64,000 nt of DNA from a virus (Duplodnaviria > Heunggongvirae > Uroviricota > Caudoviricetes). A program made the translations under genes and the position numbers. The DNA is taken from positions 1 through 64,000 of IMG/VR virus record IMGVR_UViG_3300001528_000017; one strand, 5' to 3'. Shown here in pieces: positions 1 through 9,943 of this stretch (positions are counted from its first letter, which is position 1; every line of letters starts with the position of its first letter). The notes beneath the pieces were generated by a model. The model worked only from the letters and a program-made list of their open reading frames with translations, searched no databases and was not told where the DNA came from.

Positions 1-44
1 TTTTTTTTTTGTTTATATTCGTGTAAAGAAAAGTAATTACAATA

Positions 45-962
45 TTATTGGCAGATTATCTTCTTGTCCCTATACCAACTACCAGAAACTAGACCATCAG
101 GGTGTACTATGATTTCCCTCAAAATCCTGTCATCCTCCATCTTTTCCAAGTTATACAGAAGCTTCATATTTGAATGGGAAAGTGTAATATTCAACCCTTC
201 ATAGTTCCAAGTTTCATACACATAATAATCCTTAAGAACCTGCTCAACAAAGGAGGCATTATAATAAAGGAAGTGTTTCAGTTGCTGGAATAAGTCATCC
301 TTAGGAGCCTCCTCTGTGGTATTGATAAGTCTTCTAAAACTTAAGTCATCCACCACTCCAACATAGTGCTCAACAAAAGTCTTAATCTCCTCAATAGTTT
401 GTAAACCAAAGGGATGAAGGACACATTGTATTCTTACCTTAGTTGAGGGGTGCAGTATCCTATATTCTTTGAGCATTTCCTTGTCTAGGTCTTGTATGCC
501 TGTGTAAGAATCCTTCCCTACTACATGCCTAGAAATGTTTACCCAATCAGGGTCAGATGAACTACATATCCCCCTGTGAAAATTGGTGTTAATATTGAGA
601 AAGGTATTATACTGTTTAACGTAATCAATTACCTCTCCCGTGTATGCACATAAGGAAGGTTCCCCTCCTGTAATACTAACAGTGGTAAGATGGTTCTAGT
701 CATTCATTTCCTTGAGAAGCACCTGAAGGTTCTCAAGTAAGTGCTGCTTATTTTCCATTATATGAGAAGACTTTTCTATACAGAAAGGACAATGAGCATC
801 GCACTTATCAGTGATTTTTATGTGTATATGCTTCATCCAATAGTCATCCATAATTCTCCAAGGCTTACCAAAAAGTACGATAGGAGTACTATACAATTCT
901 GCCTTACTCTCCAATGTTGGGTTAAAGGAGTCCCCACTTATGTCATTTACTTCTTTAATCAT
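45..962 (-). CDS. Radical SAM domain protein; a single reading frame from 962 to 45 interrupted only by an in-frame TAG at 696-698
   Basis: ORFs 696..962 and 45..476 share one frame. My translation of 477-695 is open and contains the ITGGEPSL (SAM-binding GGEP) motif. The N-terminal part carries CDAHCPFC (CxxxCxxC). Confidence 0.5.
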
Positions 963-963
963 A

Positions 964-1353
964 TTAGTCCTCCATTACTTCTGTTTCATCTTCTGTCCAA
1001 CCTTCACACTCATCAATGAGGTGTTTGAACTTTCGGTACCCCTTTATATCAACTACAGGGTCAGGAAGATGTTTTGTTAAGAAATCTTTGAACTCACCAA
1101 TCAGCTGAAGAGGAGTAAGGTGCTCACCCTTATAGGCTTCCATCCAATCAGTATCAGAGGTGTCAATTGACTCATAAACCCCATCCTCATCTTGGTCCAC
1201 TTCAGGAACATAGTCATTGGTTGTGACCCTAGTACTTTTGCTAAGTGTCTGACTTATGCAGACATCAAATTGCCTCTCAGGAACTTCCCGTTCATTCCAA
1301 GGTGCTCTAGGGTCAAACTCTGCACCTGGGGGATAATAGCCACTTTCTCTCAT
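964..1353 (-). CDS. hypothetical acidic protein
   Basis: 129-aa ORF tightly packed with its neighbours (1350/1353 stop/start junction). Confidence 0.4.
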   Translation of the reverse strand: MRESGYYPPGAEFDPRAPWNEREVPERQFDVCISQTLSKSTRVTTNDYVPEVDQDEDGVYESIDTSDTDWMEAYKGEHLTPLQLIGEFKDFLTKHLPDPVVDIKGYRKFKHLIDECEGWTEDETEVMED

Positions 1354-1553
1354 AATTTTCTTCGTTTTATGTAGATGTTCAAATTGTTTTCTTTTATCAA
1401 TCTCCGTGCAATAACACAGGCTAGCTTGAGAGGAATGCTCATGTGATGACCTTCTTTATTTACATATATGGAATGGCTACCATTACTTCGCATGTAATAA
1501 AAGCCATTCCTTTCAGCCATCTTGCAAAACTCATCATGCGTCCATTGTCTCAT
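1350..1553 (-). CDS. hicA: HicA-like (YcfA family) mRNA-interferase toxin-like protein
   Basis: 67 aa with NGSHSIYVNKEGHHMSIP resembling the HicA GSH...iP.H core. Overlaps the upstream small ORF at an ATGA-type junction. Confidence 0.5.
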   Translation of the reverse strand: MRQWTHDEFCKMAERNGFYYMRSNGSHSIYVNKEGHHMSIPLKLACVIARRLIKENNLNIYIKRRKL

Positions 1554-1738
1554 TATTTAGAAGTTCTAGCTGATGCCCTCTGCAAGGCTCTACTAGCCTT
1601 CTTCACAGCTTCTATCTCACTTGCCTTCATGTATTTTAATTCACCATACTCTTCCTCAAACAGGAAAGTAGATATGTGACTAACAAGCTTGAGAGCATTA
1701 GGCATCTTACTCTTTTTGTCTGTTATTCTAATTCCCAT
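1553..1738 (-). CDS. hypothetical small protein (possible HicA partner)
   Basis: 61-aa ORF immediately upstream of, and overlapping, the hicA-like gene. Confidence 0.3.
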   Translation of the reverse strand: MGIRITDKKSKMPNALKLVSHISTFLFEEEYGELKYMKASEIEAVKKASRALQRASARTSK

Positions 1739-2153
1739 TGCTCAATTGTTTTATTCTATCATTGATATACCAAATAGCTTTCCTGAGGTCTTCAATCTCC
1801 TTCTCTCTATCTTCTAGACCCATTTCCTTCTTTAGTCCTGCTCTCCAAAGGTACTTGATAGCATTACCTATAGAGAAACAATAGTGTCTAGTAATCTCAA
1901 TACACTCAATCCCAGAAGGATGACTAGTGTAATGGGAAGGATGATTTACAGAATCATTTTCCTTTTCTTCAACCTCTTGGACCTCGTGAGGAACACCTTT
2001 TGATATGAAGTCAAATATCTTAAACCTAGCTTGAAGTACCTTCTCCATAAGTTTATGGTAGTTATCTCCACAAGGTTTAATCAACTCCTTAAATTCCTCA
2101 TCTATGAATTTTCTAATCTCTTTTATGTCCATAATATGAAAAGGGTACCCCAA
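1728..2153 (-). CDS. DUF3310-family phage protein
   Basis: HPSHYT...GIECIEIT...AIKYLWRAG matches the DUF3310 signature. Confidence 0.5.
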   Translation of the reverse strand: MGYPFHIMDIKEIRKFIDEEFKELIKPCGDNYHKLMEKVLQARFKIFDFISKGVPHEVQEVEEKENDSVNHPSHYTSHPSGIECIEITRHYCFSIGNAIKYLWRAGLKKEMGLEDREKEIEDLRKAIWYINDRIKQLSNGN

Positions 2154-2174
2154 CTGAATGAGGTGCCCATATAG

Positions 2175-4493
2175 TTAGTGTATCCAATGGTCTGAACAAG
2201 TAGCATCTGCTGGCATAGGGAGTTTTCTACAGAAGAACTCTCCAGCCTTAGACATGCAATCCTGTAATACTTTTGTCATTTCCTCTGCTATCTCTTCAGG
2301 CACTTCTATGTTCCATTCATCATGTGCAGGAACACAGAGCTTAACCTTGAATAGTAGGTCATGCTCCAATAGATACTCCCAAAGGAATATGGAGGCAGTC
2401 TTAAACATCACAGCACCAGTACCCTGACAAGGATAATTGATGGATTGTTTCTCAGATGCAGACTTCCTCTTGAAGAAATATTTCACAGGATAAACATAGG
2501 CATCAGCAAGGGAAACATATATCTCTTTGGTCTCTTCCTTATTGGCTTTCTTTACCTTATAAGTATATACACCAGTGATAGCTTCCATGCTTAACCCATC
2601 TGCAAACTTCTTACAGATTTCAGCTCTTACAGACTTTGGTACATTAAAGTTCTCTTGACCTTTATAGTTCCTATACTCATCCCAAAACTCAGATGTAAAC
2701 CTCTTCTTACATCCCATAAGGATGTCAAAGTCATAGATATAGGCTTTATGCTGGGATAAGGGATTCAACAGAATTACACCATGCTGCATGACAAGTTTCC
2801 TTTGCCTCTCTTGATAAGCTGCAATACCAGGGAAACCTTTCATGTAGTTGTCATATATCTGCTTTGATTCTTTCTCACTCTTTCCTGAATGCTGCCTGAT
2901 GGTATTCCAGTCACCACCATAGTTAATAGGAAACTCCACTTGGGACTTTACATCATTCCTAATGCTGTGGAACTTCTCTTTAACCTCTTCAACAGGACAT
3001 GTGACAATATCAGGATATGACATCTTAGCCACTAGACTGTGAACATCACCACAACCATTGTTGAATAGGTCAAGCATTGCTGGGTCATTAGTTATGTCAG
3101 CAATAATACGACTTTCCTGACCACTATAGTCACATGAAATCCACTTCATTCCAGCACCAGAGACAAAGCAAGCTCTAGTCTCAGCATCATGTGGGAAATT
3201 CTGAAAGTTTAGGTACTCAAGGTTATTACTTTTGTCTTTACCGCCTGATGACAATCTTCCAGTATCTGTACCTAGTTGATTGAAGTTTGTATGAAGCCTA
3301 CGACTAACCTCATTTATCTGGTCAATTACATTTTGACCGTAAGTAGAAGTCAGTTTTTTAGCTCCTTGATACTCTATGTACAAATAGATAAGGGTAGAAA
3401 GATGAGCCTGAGGAGCAATTACCTTTTCCTCAATGCTATCCTTCATTTCTCCAGTCTCCTTATCCTTTGCCAATAGATTAAGACCTAAAGACTTGAACAA
3501 AGGAATAACCTGCTTAGGACTCTTCCAATTGATAACACAGGTAGGAGGGAGGAAGCCTAGGAACAAGTCACCTTGCAAGGTTTCCTTGACAAACTTCTTA
3601 TCCACCTGATGGTCAACTGGGACTTTGTAGGCTTCCGCATAACCTCTGATTGGACCCTTTACATCCTTCTCAGGGCATCTTTCACCTATCATCTTCTCCC
3701 TAGCCTTAGCTAAATCCTTTTCACTTAGTCCTTCAGTCTGAATGTACCAATATGCAAACTTTTGACCAGTAGCAGAAGCAACAACCCACTCATTGAGTGC
3801 ATCTTCAAAGACCCTTGCAACAAAGTCATCAAGAGCCATCTTATACTTCCACTTCTGTATGTCAAGCAGAGTACCACAATACTCAGTATAAGCTACCCAA
3901 GGAACAGACTTCTGCTCATATATATTGGCAGTAAGGAGTCCTCTCTTTTCAAGTTCAGGCTGTTGAGCATCCTTAATCTTTTCTAGGTACTTAACGTCAT
4001 TGGCAGCATACTCAATAACATCATCACTGAGTCCTGCCCACATGACTTTACCTCGAACAGTTTTATCCAGCTCAACACCTAAATAGTTTTCCCCTGCTGA
4101 TTTGAGGCTCATGCTATGAAAACCAGAAGGATAACCAAGCCACATAAGCTTCTCGGCAATAAACCCATCATACACATTCTTCAAGACCACCTTCTTATGG
4201 AAGAGGAATTTCATATCAAATTTGATATTCCATCCTATGAATAGTCTGTCAGACTGCATATAGTTCTTGAAAAACTTAACGTCAATTGTAGTACAATCTA
4301 TAACAACTTGAAAGTCATAACACCCAAGCTGAAGCAACATAAGCTGCTTGGTATAAGGGTCAAACCCCATAGTCTCAGTATCAAGACCAACCACTCTAAG
4401 TGGTTCCAACAGCTGTAGTGCATGTTCAGGTGTTATGACTTCAAATATGTCACTAGGTGGTAGTATCTGAGTAGTTACCACATATATCATCAC
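2175..4493 (-). CDS. DNA polymerase I-like (family A) with 3'-5' exonuclease domain
   Basis: LDTETMG (Exo I) and YAANDVKYL (Exo III) motifs. Polymerase motif A CDYSGQESRIIA (DYSQIELR-like) and motif C HDEWNIEV. Confidence 0.8.
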   Translation of the reverse strand: MMIYVVTTQILPPSDIFEVITPEHALQLLEPLRVVGLDTETMGFDPYTKQLMLLQLGCYDFQVVIDCTTIDVKFFKNYMQSDRLFIGWNIKFDMKFLFHKKVVLKNVYDGFIAEKLMWLGYPSGFHSMSLKSAGENYLGVELDKTVRGKVMWAGLSDDVIEYAANDVKYLEKIKDAQQPELEKRGLLTANIYEQKSVPWVAYTEYCGTLLDIQKWKYKMALDDFVARVFEDALNEWVVASATGQKFAYWYIQTEGLSEKDLAKAREKMIGERCPEKDVKGPIRGYAEAYKVPVDHQVDKKFVKETLQGDLFLGFLPPTCVINWKSPKQVIPLFKSLGLNLLAKDKETGEMKDSIEEKVIAPQAHLSTLIYLYIEYQGAKKLTSTYGQNVIDQINEVSRRLHTNFNQLGTDTGRLSSGGKDKSNNLEYLNFQNFPHDAETRACFVSGAGMKWISCDYSGQESRIIADITNDPAMLDLFNNGCGDVHSLVAKMSYPDIVTCPVEEVKEKFHSIRNDVKSQVEFPINYGGDWNTIRQHSGKSEKESKQIYDNYMKGFPGIAAYQERQRKLVMQHGVILLNPLSQHKAYIYDFDILMGCKKRFTSEFWDEYRNYKGQENFNVPKSVRAEICKKFADGLSMEAITGVYTYKVKKANKEETKEIYVSLADAYVYPVKYFFKRKSASEKQSINYPCQGTGAVMFKTASIFLWEYLLEHDLLFKVKLCVPAHDEWNIEVPEEIAEEMTKVLQDCMSKAGEFFCRKLPMPADATCSDHWIH

Positions 4494-4498
4494 CTAGA

Positions 4499-4999
4499 TT
4501 ATTTGTCCTTCTTAGCGGAAATTATCAAGTCTTTGTAATTGATGGTAAAATCATACCTCTTTAGGAATGTACTTCCTAAGATACCAACTATCTCAATCTT
4601 ATCAGATTCCTTGATATTGTCAAAGGCATCTACTCTCATTATCTGGAACTCATCCACAAACTTAGTCTTCTCATGGTTAAGTTCTATTCTAGCATACTCT
4701 ACAGGGACGATGTTACCATCAACTCCATAGGCATTGCCAGTAGTTTCTACCTTGGTATAAGCAAGCTTGTCCAAAGCATTACTATCTATCACAGAAAGAG
4801 TAGCACCAGTATCTATCAAGAAATTGAAAGATTGACCATTGTTGGTGAGGGACACTATAGGTAAGTTCAATCTACCCATATTGTCTGTAAAGGACAATCT
4901 TACCAGAGAGTTTCTAGTGTGGTAGTCTTCTATACCGTTAATTATAGTAGCGATAACAAAGACTGCCACAAGCATAATCAATACTTCAAGTATGAACAT
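4499..4999 (-). CDS. membrane-anchored retropepsin-like aspartic protease
   Basis: N-terminal TM helix. FLIDTGATLSVID (D-T/S-G-A catalytic motif) and C-terminal GILGSTFL flap-like motif. Confidence 0.5.
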   Translation of the reverse strand: MFILEVLIMLVAVFVIATIINGIEDYHTRNSLVRLSFTDNMGRLNLPIVSLTNNGQSFNFLIDTGATLSVIDSNALDKLAYTKVETTGNAYGVDGNIVPVEYARIELNHEKTKFVDEFQIMRVDAFDNIKESDKIEIVGILGSTFLKRYDFTINYKDLIISAKKDK

Positions 5000-5523
5000 T
5001 ACTTCACTCCACTATGACCCAAGCCACCTCTGTTGGGGTTGCCAAGGCTGTCCACAACTTCAATCTTGATTCCACTAGAGAAGAGCCACTTGAGCTTCTG
5101 CCAGAATGTTGCCTTTTGAGACAAATGTATCCTGAACTGACAGATTCTGTCACCCTTCTGAATATTCACCTCTCCAGTTGCCATAACAGGCATGTGCCAC
5201 TGGTCATCTTCACCACAATAAGGTTGGTCAATGACTCCAGGGGAGTTCACCTGCAATATGTTGAACTTTTTGTTAGAGGAACTTCTAGGAGCAGAGTTAC
5301 CCTCCATTCCAGCAGGAAGCTCCATAGCAATACCAAGAGGTATGTTCTTAGTAGCGAATATTACTCTTCTCGAACTCTCTCCACCTTTCCTAGTCCTAGC
5401 AACTGCATAAGGACCATCAAGATGTACATCTTCTGCTGCTCTGAGGTCTATCCAATCCCCATCTTCTGATATTACAGGGAGACATCCCTCAGTCAGCACT
5501 TTTACTTTAATTTTCAGTTTCAT
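4999..5523 (-). CDS. dut: dUTP diphosphatase
   Basis: GVIDQPYCGEDD (motif 3-like) and C-terminal RGGLGHSG (motif 5). Confidence 0.7.
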   Translation of the reverse strand: MKLKIKVKVLTEGCLPVISEDGDWIDLRAAEDVHLDGPYAVARTRKGGESSRRVIFATKNIPLGIAMELPAGMEGNSAPRSSSNKKFNILQVNSPGVIDQPYCGEDDQWHMPVMATGEVNIQKGDRICQFRIHLSQKATFWQKLKWLFSSGIKIEVVDSLGNPNRGGLGHSGVK

Positions 5524-5527
5524 GTTT

Positions 5528-5980
5528 TCAAAATTTACTTGTTATGTCTACCAACTCCTTGCCATTGACTTTATAGAATCTCTGATTAGTAGTCCTACTG
5601 TTAAGTGGACCAAACTCTTCCTTATAAGGTCCAAGTTTTATATAATCAAAATTACACAAGTCAATGTGATTACTTAATTCTTGCCTTCCACTATACCAAG
5701 CTACCTTTATGGAATTATAATGGTTGATAATGAAGGAAGCCAAAACATTTACTTTATCTGGCTCTGCATCACCTCCCATAAGAGCTATGCAGCTAATCCC
5801 ACTATTCTTCTTGATAAGTTTCCTTACTTCATTGAAAGTCAGTTCAGTACCAATATCCTGTGCCAAGTAAGAGCTATGACAGCCCTTACATTGGCATGGA
5901 CAATTAGATATGTTAATAGCAAGAGTTATCTCATCTGGCACTTCAGCAAAGACTACTTTTGCATCCACATACTTTAGCAT
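5528..5980 (-). CDS. nrdG: anaerobic ribonucleotide reductase activating protein (radical SAM)
   Basis: CPCQCKGC cluster and small size (150 aa), adjacent to nrdD. Confidence 0.7.
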   Translation of the reverse strand: MLKYVDAKVVFAEVPDEITLAINISNCPCQCKGCHSSYLAQDIGTELTFNEVRKLIKKNSGISCIALMGGDAEPDKVNVLASFIINHYNSIKVAWYSGRQELSNHIDLCNFDYIKLGPYKEEFGPLNSRTTNQRFYKVNGKELVDITSKF

Positions 5981-6330
5981 ATCTCACTCCTCCCATCACT
6001 ATAAGTTCTATGACCTGCTTCAATCTGCCTGTCCTTACCAAAAGACTTAATAGGTCTGAGATACCCAATTACCCTTGTATATTGAGTAATGTTCTTACTA
6101 TGACACTTAGGACACTCAGTGATAGGATGCTTAGTAATGTAACCACACTCATCACACTTACTATTAGGAATATTAAATGTGAAATAGTTAGTTCCATTAG
6201 CTATAGCAAAGTCTATCAACTTGAGATACTGTTCCTTGCCAAGATGGTCTTCAAGATTGATATGTGCGGCAGAGCCTCCATCAGTATATTGGTAGGTCTG
6301 GTGGCCATGAAGAATGAACTTATCCAACAC
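5974..6330 (-). CDS. nrdD: anaerobic ribonucleotide reductase, C-terminal part (Zn ribbon and glycine-radical motif)
   Basis: CDECGY...CPKCHS zinc ribbon followed by TRVIGYLRP (RVxGY glycine-radical motif). In a different frame from the N-terminal part. Confidence 0.7.
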   Translation of the reverse strand: MLDKFILHGHQTYQYTDGGSAAHINLEDHLGKEQYLKLIDFAIANGTNYFTFNIPNSKCDECGYITKHPITECPKCHSKNITQYTRVIGYLRPIKSFGKDRQIEAGHRTYSDGRSEIC

Positions 6331-7091
6331 AGATGTATCATCGTGGGCATCATAGAAATAGCTATTGTATAAGTTCTCATCCTCTGGAACCCAATCATTC
6401 TGTTACACCCTCTCCCGTTGTGCAGAGAGGTGATTCATTAGCAATATAGTTATTTAAGTTTATCAAACCAGCATGTACTTTCCTATGACAATTAGCACAT
6501 AAGCAAACACACTTACTTACTTCTTGCAGAAGCCACTCCTTGCTCCTACTTCTATACTTACCTATGGTAAATTCCTTATCTACTGGATTGATATGATGAA
6601 AGTCAATACAAACAGGTTCTGCTTCTCCACAGACAATACAGGGAGTTTTTATGCTATTAAGCCATTCTCCTTGCCTATCCTGCCTTCTTGTAGCTTGTGC
6701 CCTGTGAATCTCAGGATGTTCCAATCTCCTTTGCTTCCTATAAGCTCTTCTACAATCCTTACATTGATGTCTTCCTTCATCAAACATCTCCAATGGTAAT
6801 TCTCTACCACAAATCTTACATAATTTAGTTTCCATACTTAATCATTTTGGGAGCAAAGTTAAAACTTTTATCCCAATTATGCAAGATTATAACCATATTT
6901 TTAATGAATGGATTAATATTTCTATTAACCTCTCTATGTTACCATAGAGTTCCGACTATTGCATACCTTAATATTCTATCTTCACAGATTGTATATTAAA
7001 GTCCTCTTTGTTTAGTCTGTCAGGCTGCACAGGTTTCCCTTGCTTGCCCCTCATAATCCCATAGGGACTTCTGAGTCAATTAAAAGAGGTT
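6331..7091 (-). other. intervening sequence splitting nrdD (candidate group I intron with HNH ORF, or split-gene insertion)
   Basis: 256 nt non-coding (6836-7091) plus the HNH ORF lie between the nrdD N- and C-terminal coding parts on the same strand. Confidence 0.45.
6395..6835 (-). CDS. HNH homing-type endonuclease inserted in nrdD
   Basis: CxxC...CxxC pairs, DFHHINP and CANCHRKVH (HNH motif). Located between the two nrdD parts. Confidence 0.75.
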   Translation of the reverse strand: METKLCKICGRELPLEMFDEGRHQCKDCRRAYRKQRRLEHPEIHRAQATRRQDRQGEWLNSIKTPCIVCGEAEPVCIDFHHINPVDKEFTIGKYRSRSKEWLLQEVSKCVCLCANCHRKVHAGLINLNNYIANESPLCTTGEGVTE

Positions 7092-8876
7092 TTAGATGGA
7101 CATTGGTTCTAATCCATCTTCCTTATCCCAATTATAGTTCTTTCCTCCCAATCCTTCAGCAGGGACTACCTCAGAATTGAATAGGAATGGTCTATTGGCA
7201 TCATGAATAGAGTGTAGCTTATTCTGCTCCTTGATAGTACCAAGAACCAGTTGCAGGAACTCAATATATTCCTTGTTGTTACCAACAGTCATATCTAAGA
7301 ATCTTGCAGCCTCATTTAAGCCATTGATACCTATGGTACTGTATAACTTGCTTATGTGAATATATCCACCATTTGAAGCAGCAAACATTCCCTTATCTTC
7401 AAGTTCATAGAGCATTGTCTTGAATGCAATATGATACTTGTAGACTCTTTGGAGAATATCTACTAAGTAATCTCTAAGAAATGAAGTATTTTCTTTCCAT
7501 CCCCCATTCCTCTTCAATCCATAAGCCTTGTTGCAATCTTGTACAATCCTATTGATATTAAGAGTAATAACATTGCATGAGCCTGTCATCACACCAGTAA
7601 GACCTGATGTAGGATTGAAAGTATTCTCTGCAAGCTCATTTCTCAACCTACAACATGATGCAAGACTATCAGCACTGTCTGATATATAGGTGAAGAAGCT
7701 ATGACCTTCTGCATACATTTCAGCAGTGAAGTCCTTATAGTCTTTATCTATGATGTCATTGGTCTTAGGGTCATACACCATAGCCATAGTCTCTACAGGG
7801 AATGTAAGAATCTGTTTGGTTCTTAGCTTATTGAAGAACTTCATAAACAACCTTTGCAGACAGTCTATTGCTCCCCATTGAGGCTTAGTACCATCAGGGT
7901 AATAGAACTCCCCAAACAATGAATCAAAGTAAGTATGGTCATAATAAGACACATTGGTAAATGGACTTTGATATGACCTATTGCCAGCAGGCTGATTTAC
8001 ACCATAGATAAACTGTTTGAATGCCTTATAGATAGCATCCCTGATAGTTCTTTGCTTGTTACAATGTTCTGTGGTAGTTATCACATCCAACTTCTCATAC
8101 CAATTAGGACCAAACTCTTGTACAATGTAATAGTTCAGTGCAATAAAGTATTCACCTACTGCCACTGCACCTTTACACTGAGAGGATAGCAAGAAGATAA
8201 GATTGGTTACTTGACCACTGAATGATTGCAAGTCATTAGGAGGTGTTGGAGTGATACCATCAATATTTCCTACTCCTTCCATCATAAGAGGATACAGACT
8301 TACAGCCATACAATACTGCTTCAAGACAGGAGTGGTTGCTTCATCATGTGTATAAATGATATGAGAGTTCAAATCCTCTTCATACTTCTTGGCTACTTCA
8401 GGGTACATTTCATTCAGCTTGTCTTTCATCCTTTGCCTCTGAATAACCCTATTAGTAGTCTTATACACTTCACCCTCAAGGTTGGCAACATTCTTCATTG
8501 TGACATTGGCATTTGCATCTGTTTCTGACGAAGTAGCTGCATTCTCATTGGATTGACTATACTCATTCATATAATCAATTCTTTCCCTAATGAATCTTGC
8601 CTGCTTATGTTGCTCTCTATAAATGATATAACTCTTTACTACATCAAAGTGTTTGTCATTCATAAGAACATCCTCAACCTTGTCTTGAATCTCTTCAATG
8701 TCAATAGTATCTCCTACTGTAAATAGAGTTCTAAGAGCATTCTCAACCTCCTCTGACATTTCCAGTTCAGATGCTAAGTATGCCTTCTTTACAGCATTGA
8801 TAATCTTCTCAACATTGAAAGGTTCCTTTCTTCCGTCTCTTTTAATAACTTCCATTAGTTCATGGTATTTAACCAT
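7092..8876 (-). CDS. nrdD: anaerobic ribonucleotide reductase, N-terminal large part (ATP-cone and catalytic barrel)
   Basis: N-terminal ATP-cone-like VKYHELMEVIKRDGRKEPFNVEKI. Class III RNR-size body lacking the C-terminal glycine-radical region, which is encoded downstream at 5974..6330. Confidence 0.7.
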   Translation of the reverse strand: MVKYHELMEVIKRDGRKEPFNVEKIINAVKKAYLASELEMSEEVENALRTLFTVGDTIDIEEIQDKVEDVLMNDKHFDVVKSYIIYREQHKQARFIRERIDYMNEYSQSNENAATSSETDANANVTMKNVANLEGEVYKTTNRVIQRQRMKDKLNEMYPEVAKKYEEDLNSHIIYTHDEATTPVLKQYCMAVSLYPLMMEGVGNIDGITPTPPNDLQSFSGQVTNLIFLLSSQCKGAVAVGEYFIALNYYIVQEFGPNWYEKLDVITTTEHCNKQRTIRDAIYKAFKQFIYGVNQPAGNRSYQSPFTNVSYYDHTYFDSLFGEFYYPDGTKPQWGAIDCLQRLFMKFFNKLRTKQILTFPVETMAMVYDPKTNDIIDKDYKDFTAEMYAEGHSFFTYISDSADSLASCCRLRNELAENTFNPTSGLTGVMTGSCNVITLNINRIVQDCNKAYGLKRNGGWKENTSFLRDYLVDILQRVYKYHIAFKTMLYELEDKGMFAASNGGYIHISKLYSTIGINGLNEAARFLDMTVGNNKEYIEFLQLVLGTIKEQNKLHSIHDANRPFLFNSEVVPAEGLGGKNYNWDKEDGLEPMSI

Positions 8877-9943
8877 TCAGTAATGCTATTACTCTCTTGA
8901 GTTTCTATTCCAATTGGCACTTCGGGTCTTGAAGAGAGATAATTAGCAAGGGTCTCACCCAAGTCAAATGGGTCTTGGAGTTCAATTTGCTGTCTTTTTC
9001 CGTAAGTTAATGTGCCAATCTTTTTGGTATCTTCAAACTTCCAAACAAGAGGAGTCAAGGTCTTCTTGTTGACTACTATGAACCTATAGTCTGCCAACTC
9101 ATAGTCCTTATAAACAGGGTCTCTGTTCATATTATCCCTGATAATTCTCCAATAAAGTCTTGCTTGAATGTCATACCTCCACTGAATAAAGGACTCAAAG
9201 AAGTCCCACTCAGTATGTGAACTTGTCTTCAAATCAATAGGGTAAACTATCTTGTTTTCATGGTCAACTAACAGTAAGTCAGCCATACACCTATAATTTA
9301 CTCCATTGAGTGTTGCCTTAAACTTGAGCTGATATTCTCTTACCCACCTTTGATTAAAGGGATTATTAGGGGAGAAGAAGAACTTGGTAGCTTTCTTAGT
9401 CTTCAGTGCATCTACAGCAGCATCTACTTGCTCCTTAGTAAAGGTATCAAGTATTTTCTTGTCACCAGCAGCATACATGAGAGAGTAATACTCACTTCCT
9501 TGCTCTTTCACTACCTTTGCTCTTGTCTCAGGTTTCCAATTGAGTTGATAACTGAGTTCTTCTGATAAGTCTATGAGGTCCTTTGTGGGGACATCATTGA
9601 GGGTTGTGTATTCTCCACTCCATCTGTCAAATGCAGCCTTAACCATTTTAAGGACTGAATCTGTTACAGGAGGAAAGTCTGCAACCATGAATCCATTATC
9701 AAACTCTTCTTGACCACCAGTGATAAGGGCATCAACAGCACTACCAAAAACAAGACTAGGGGTGTCAAGCTTATCAAACAACGTATCAAGTTTGTTGAAG
9801 CCCTCCCTAGCAAACTTGGCAATGGTGCTGTATGAAAGTGCTTCATCTGCCCTATATGTGGGTTCGTCAACCTGCCAACTGATTTCATAAAGTTTCTTTA
9901 TTTCCATGCTAGATAATGTCAGATATAGAGGCTTGAAGGTCAT
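8855..9943 (-). CDS. PD-(D/E)XK-fold nuclease (recombination exonuclease-like)
   Basis: CMADLLLVDHENKIVYPIDLKTS fits a D...(D/E)xK nuclease core. Confidence 0.4.
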   Translation of the reverse strand: MTFKPLYLTLSSMEIKKLYEISWQVDEPTYRADEALSYSTIAKFAREGFNKLDTLFDKLDTPSLVFGSAVDALITGGQEEFDNGFMVADFPPVTDSVLKMVKAAFDRWSGEYTTLNDVPTKDLIDLSEELSYQLNWKPETRAKVVKEQGSEYYSLMYAAGDKKILDTFTKEQVDAAVDALKTKKATKFFFSPNNPFNQRWVREYQLKFKATLNGVNYRCMADLLLVDHENKIVYPIDLKTSSHTEWDFFESFIQWRYDIQARLYWRIIRDNMNRDPVYKDYELADYRFIVVNKKTLTPLVWKFEDTKKIGTLTYGKRQQIELQDPFDLGETLANYLSSRPEVPIGIETQESNSITEWLNTMN

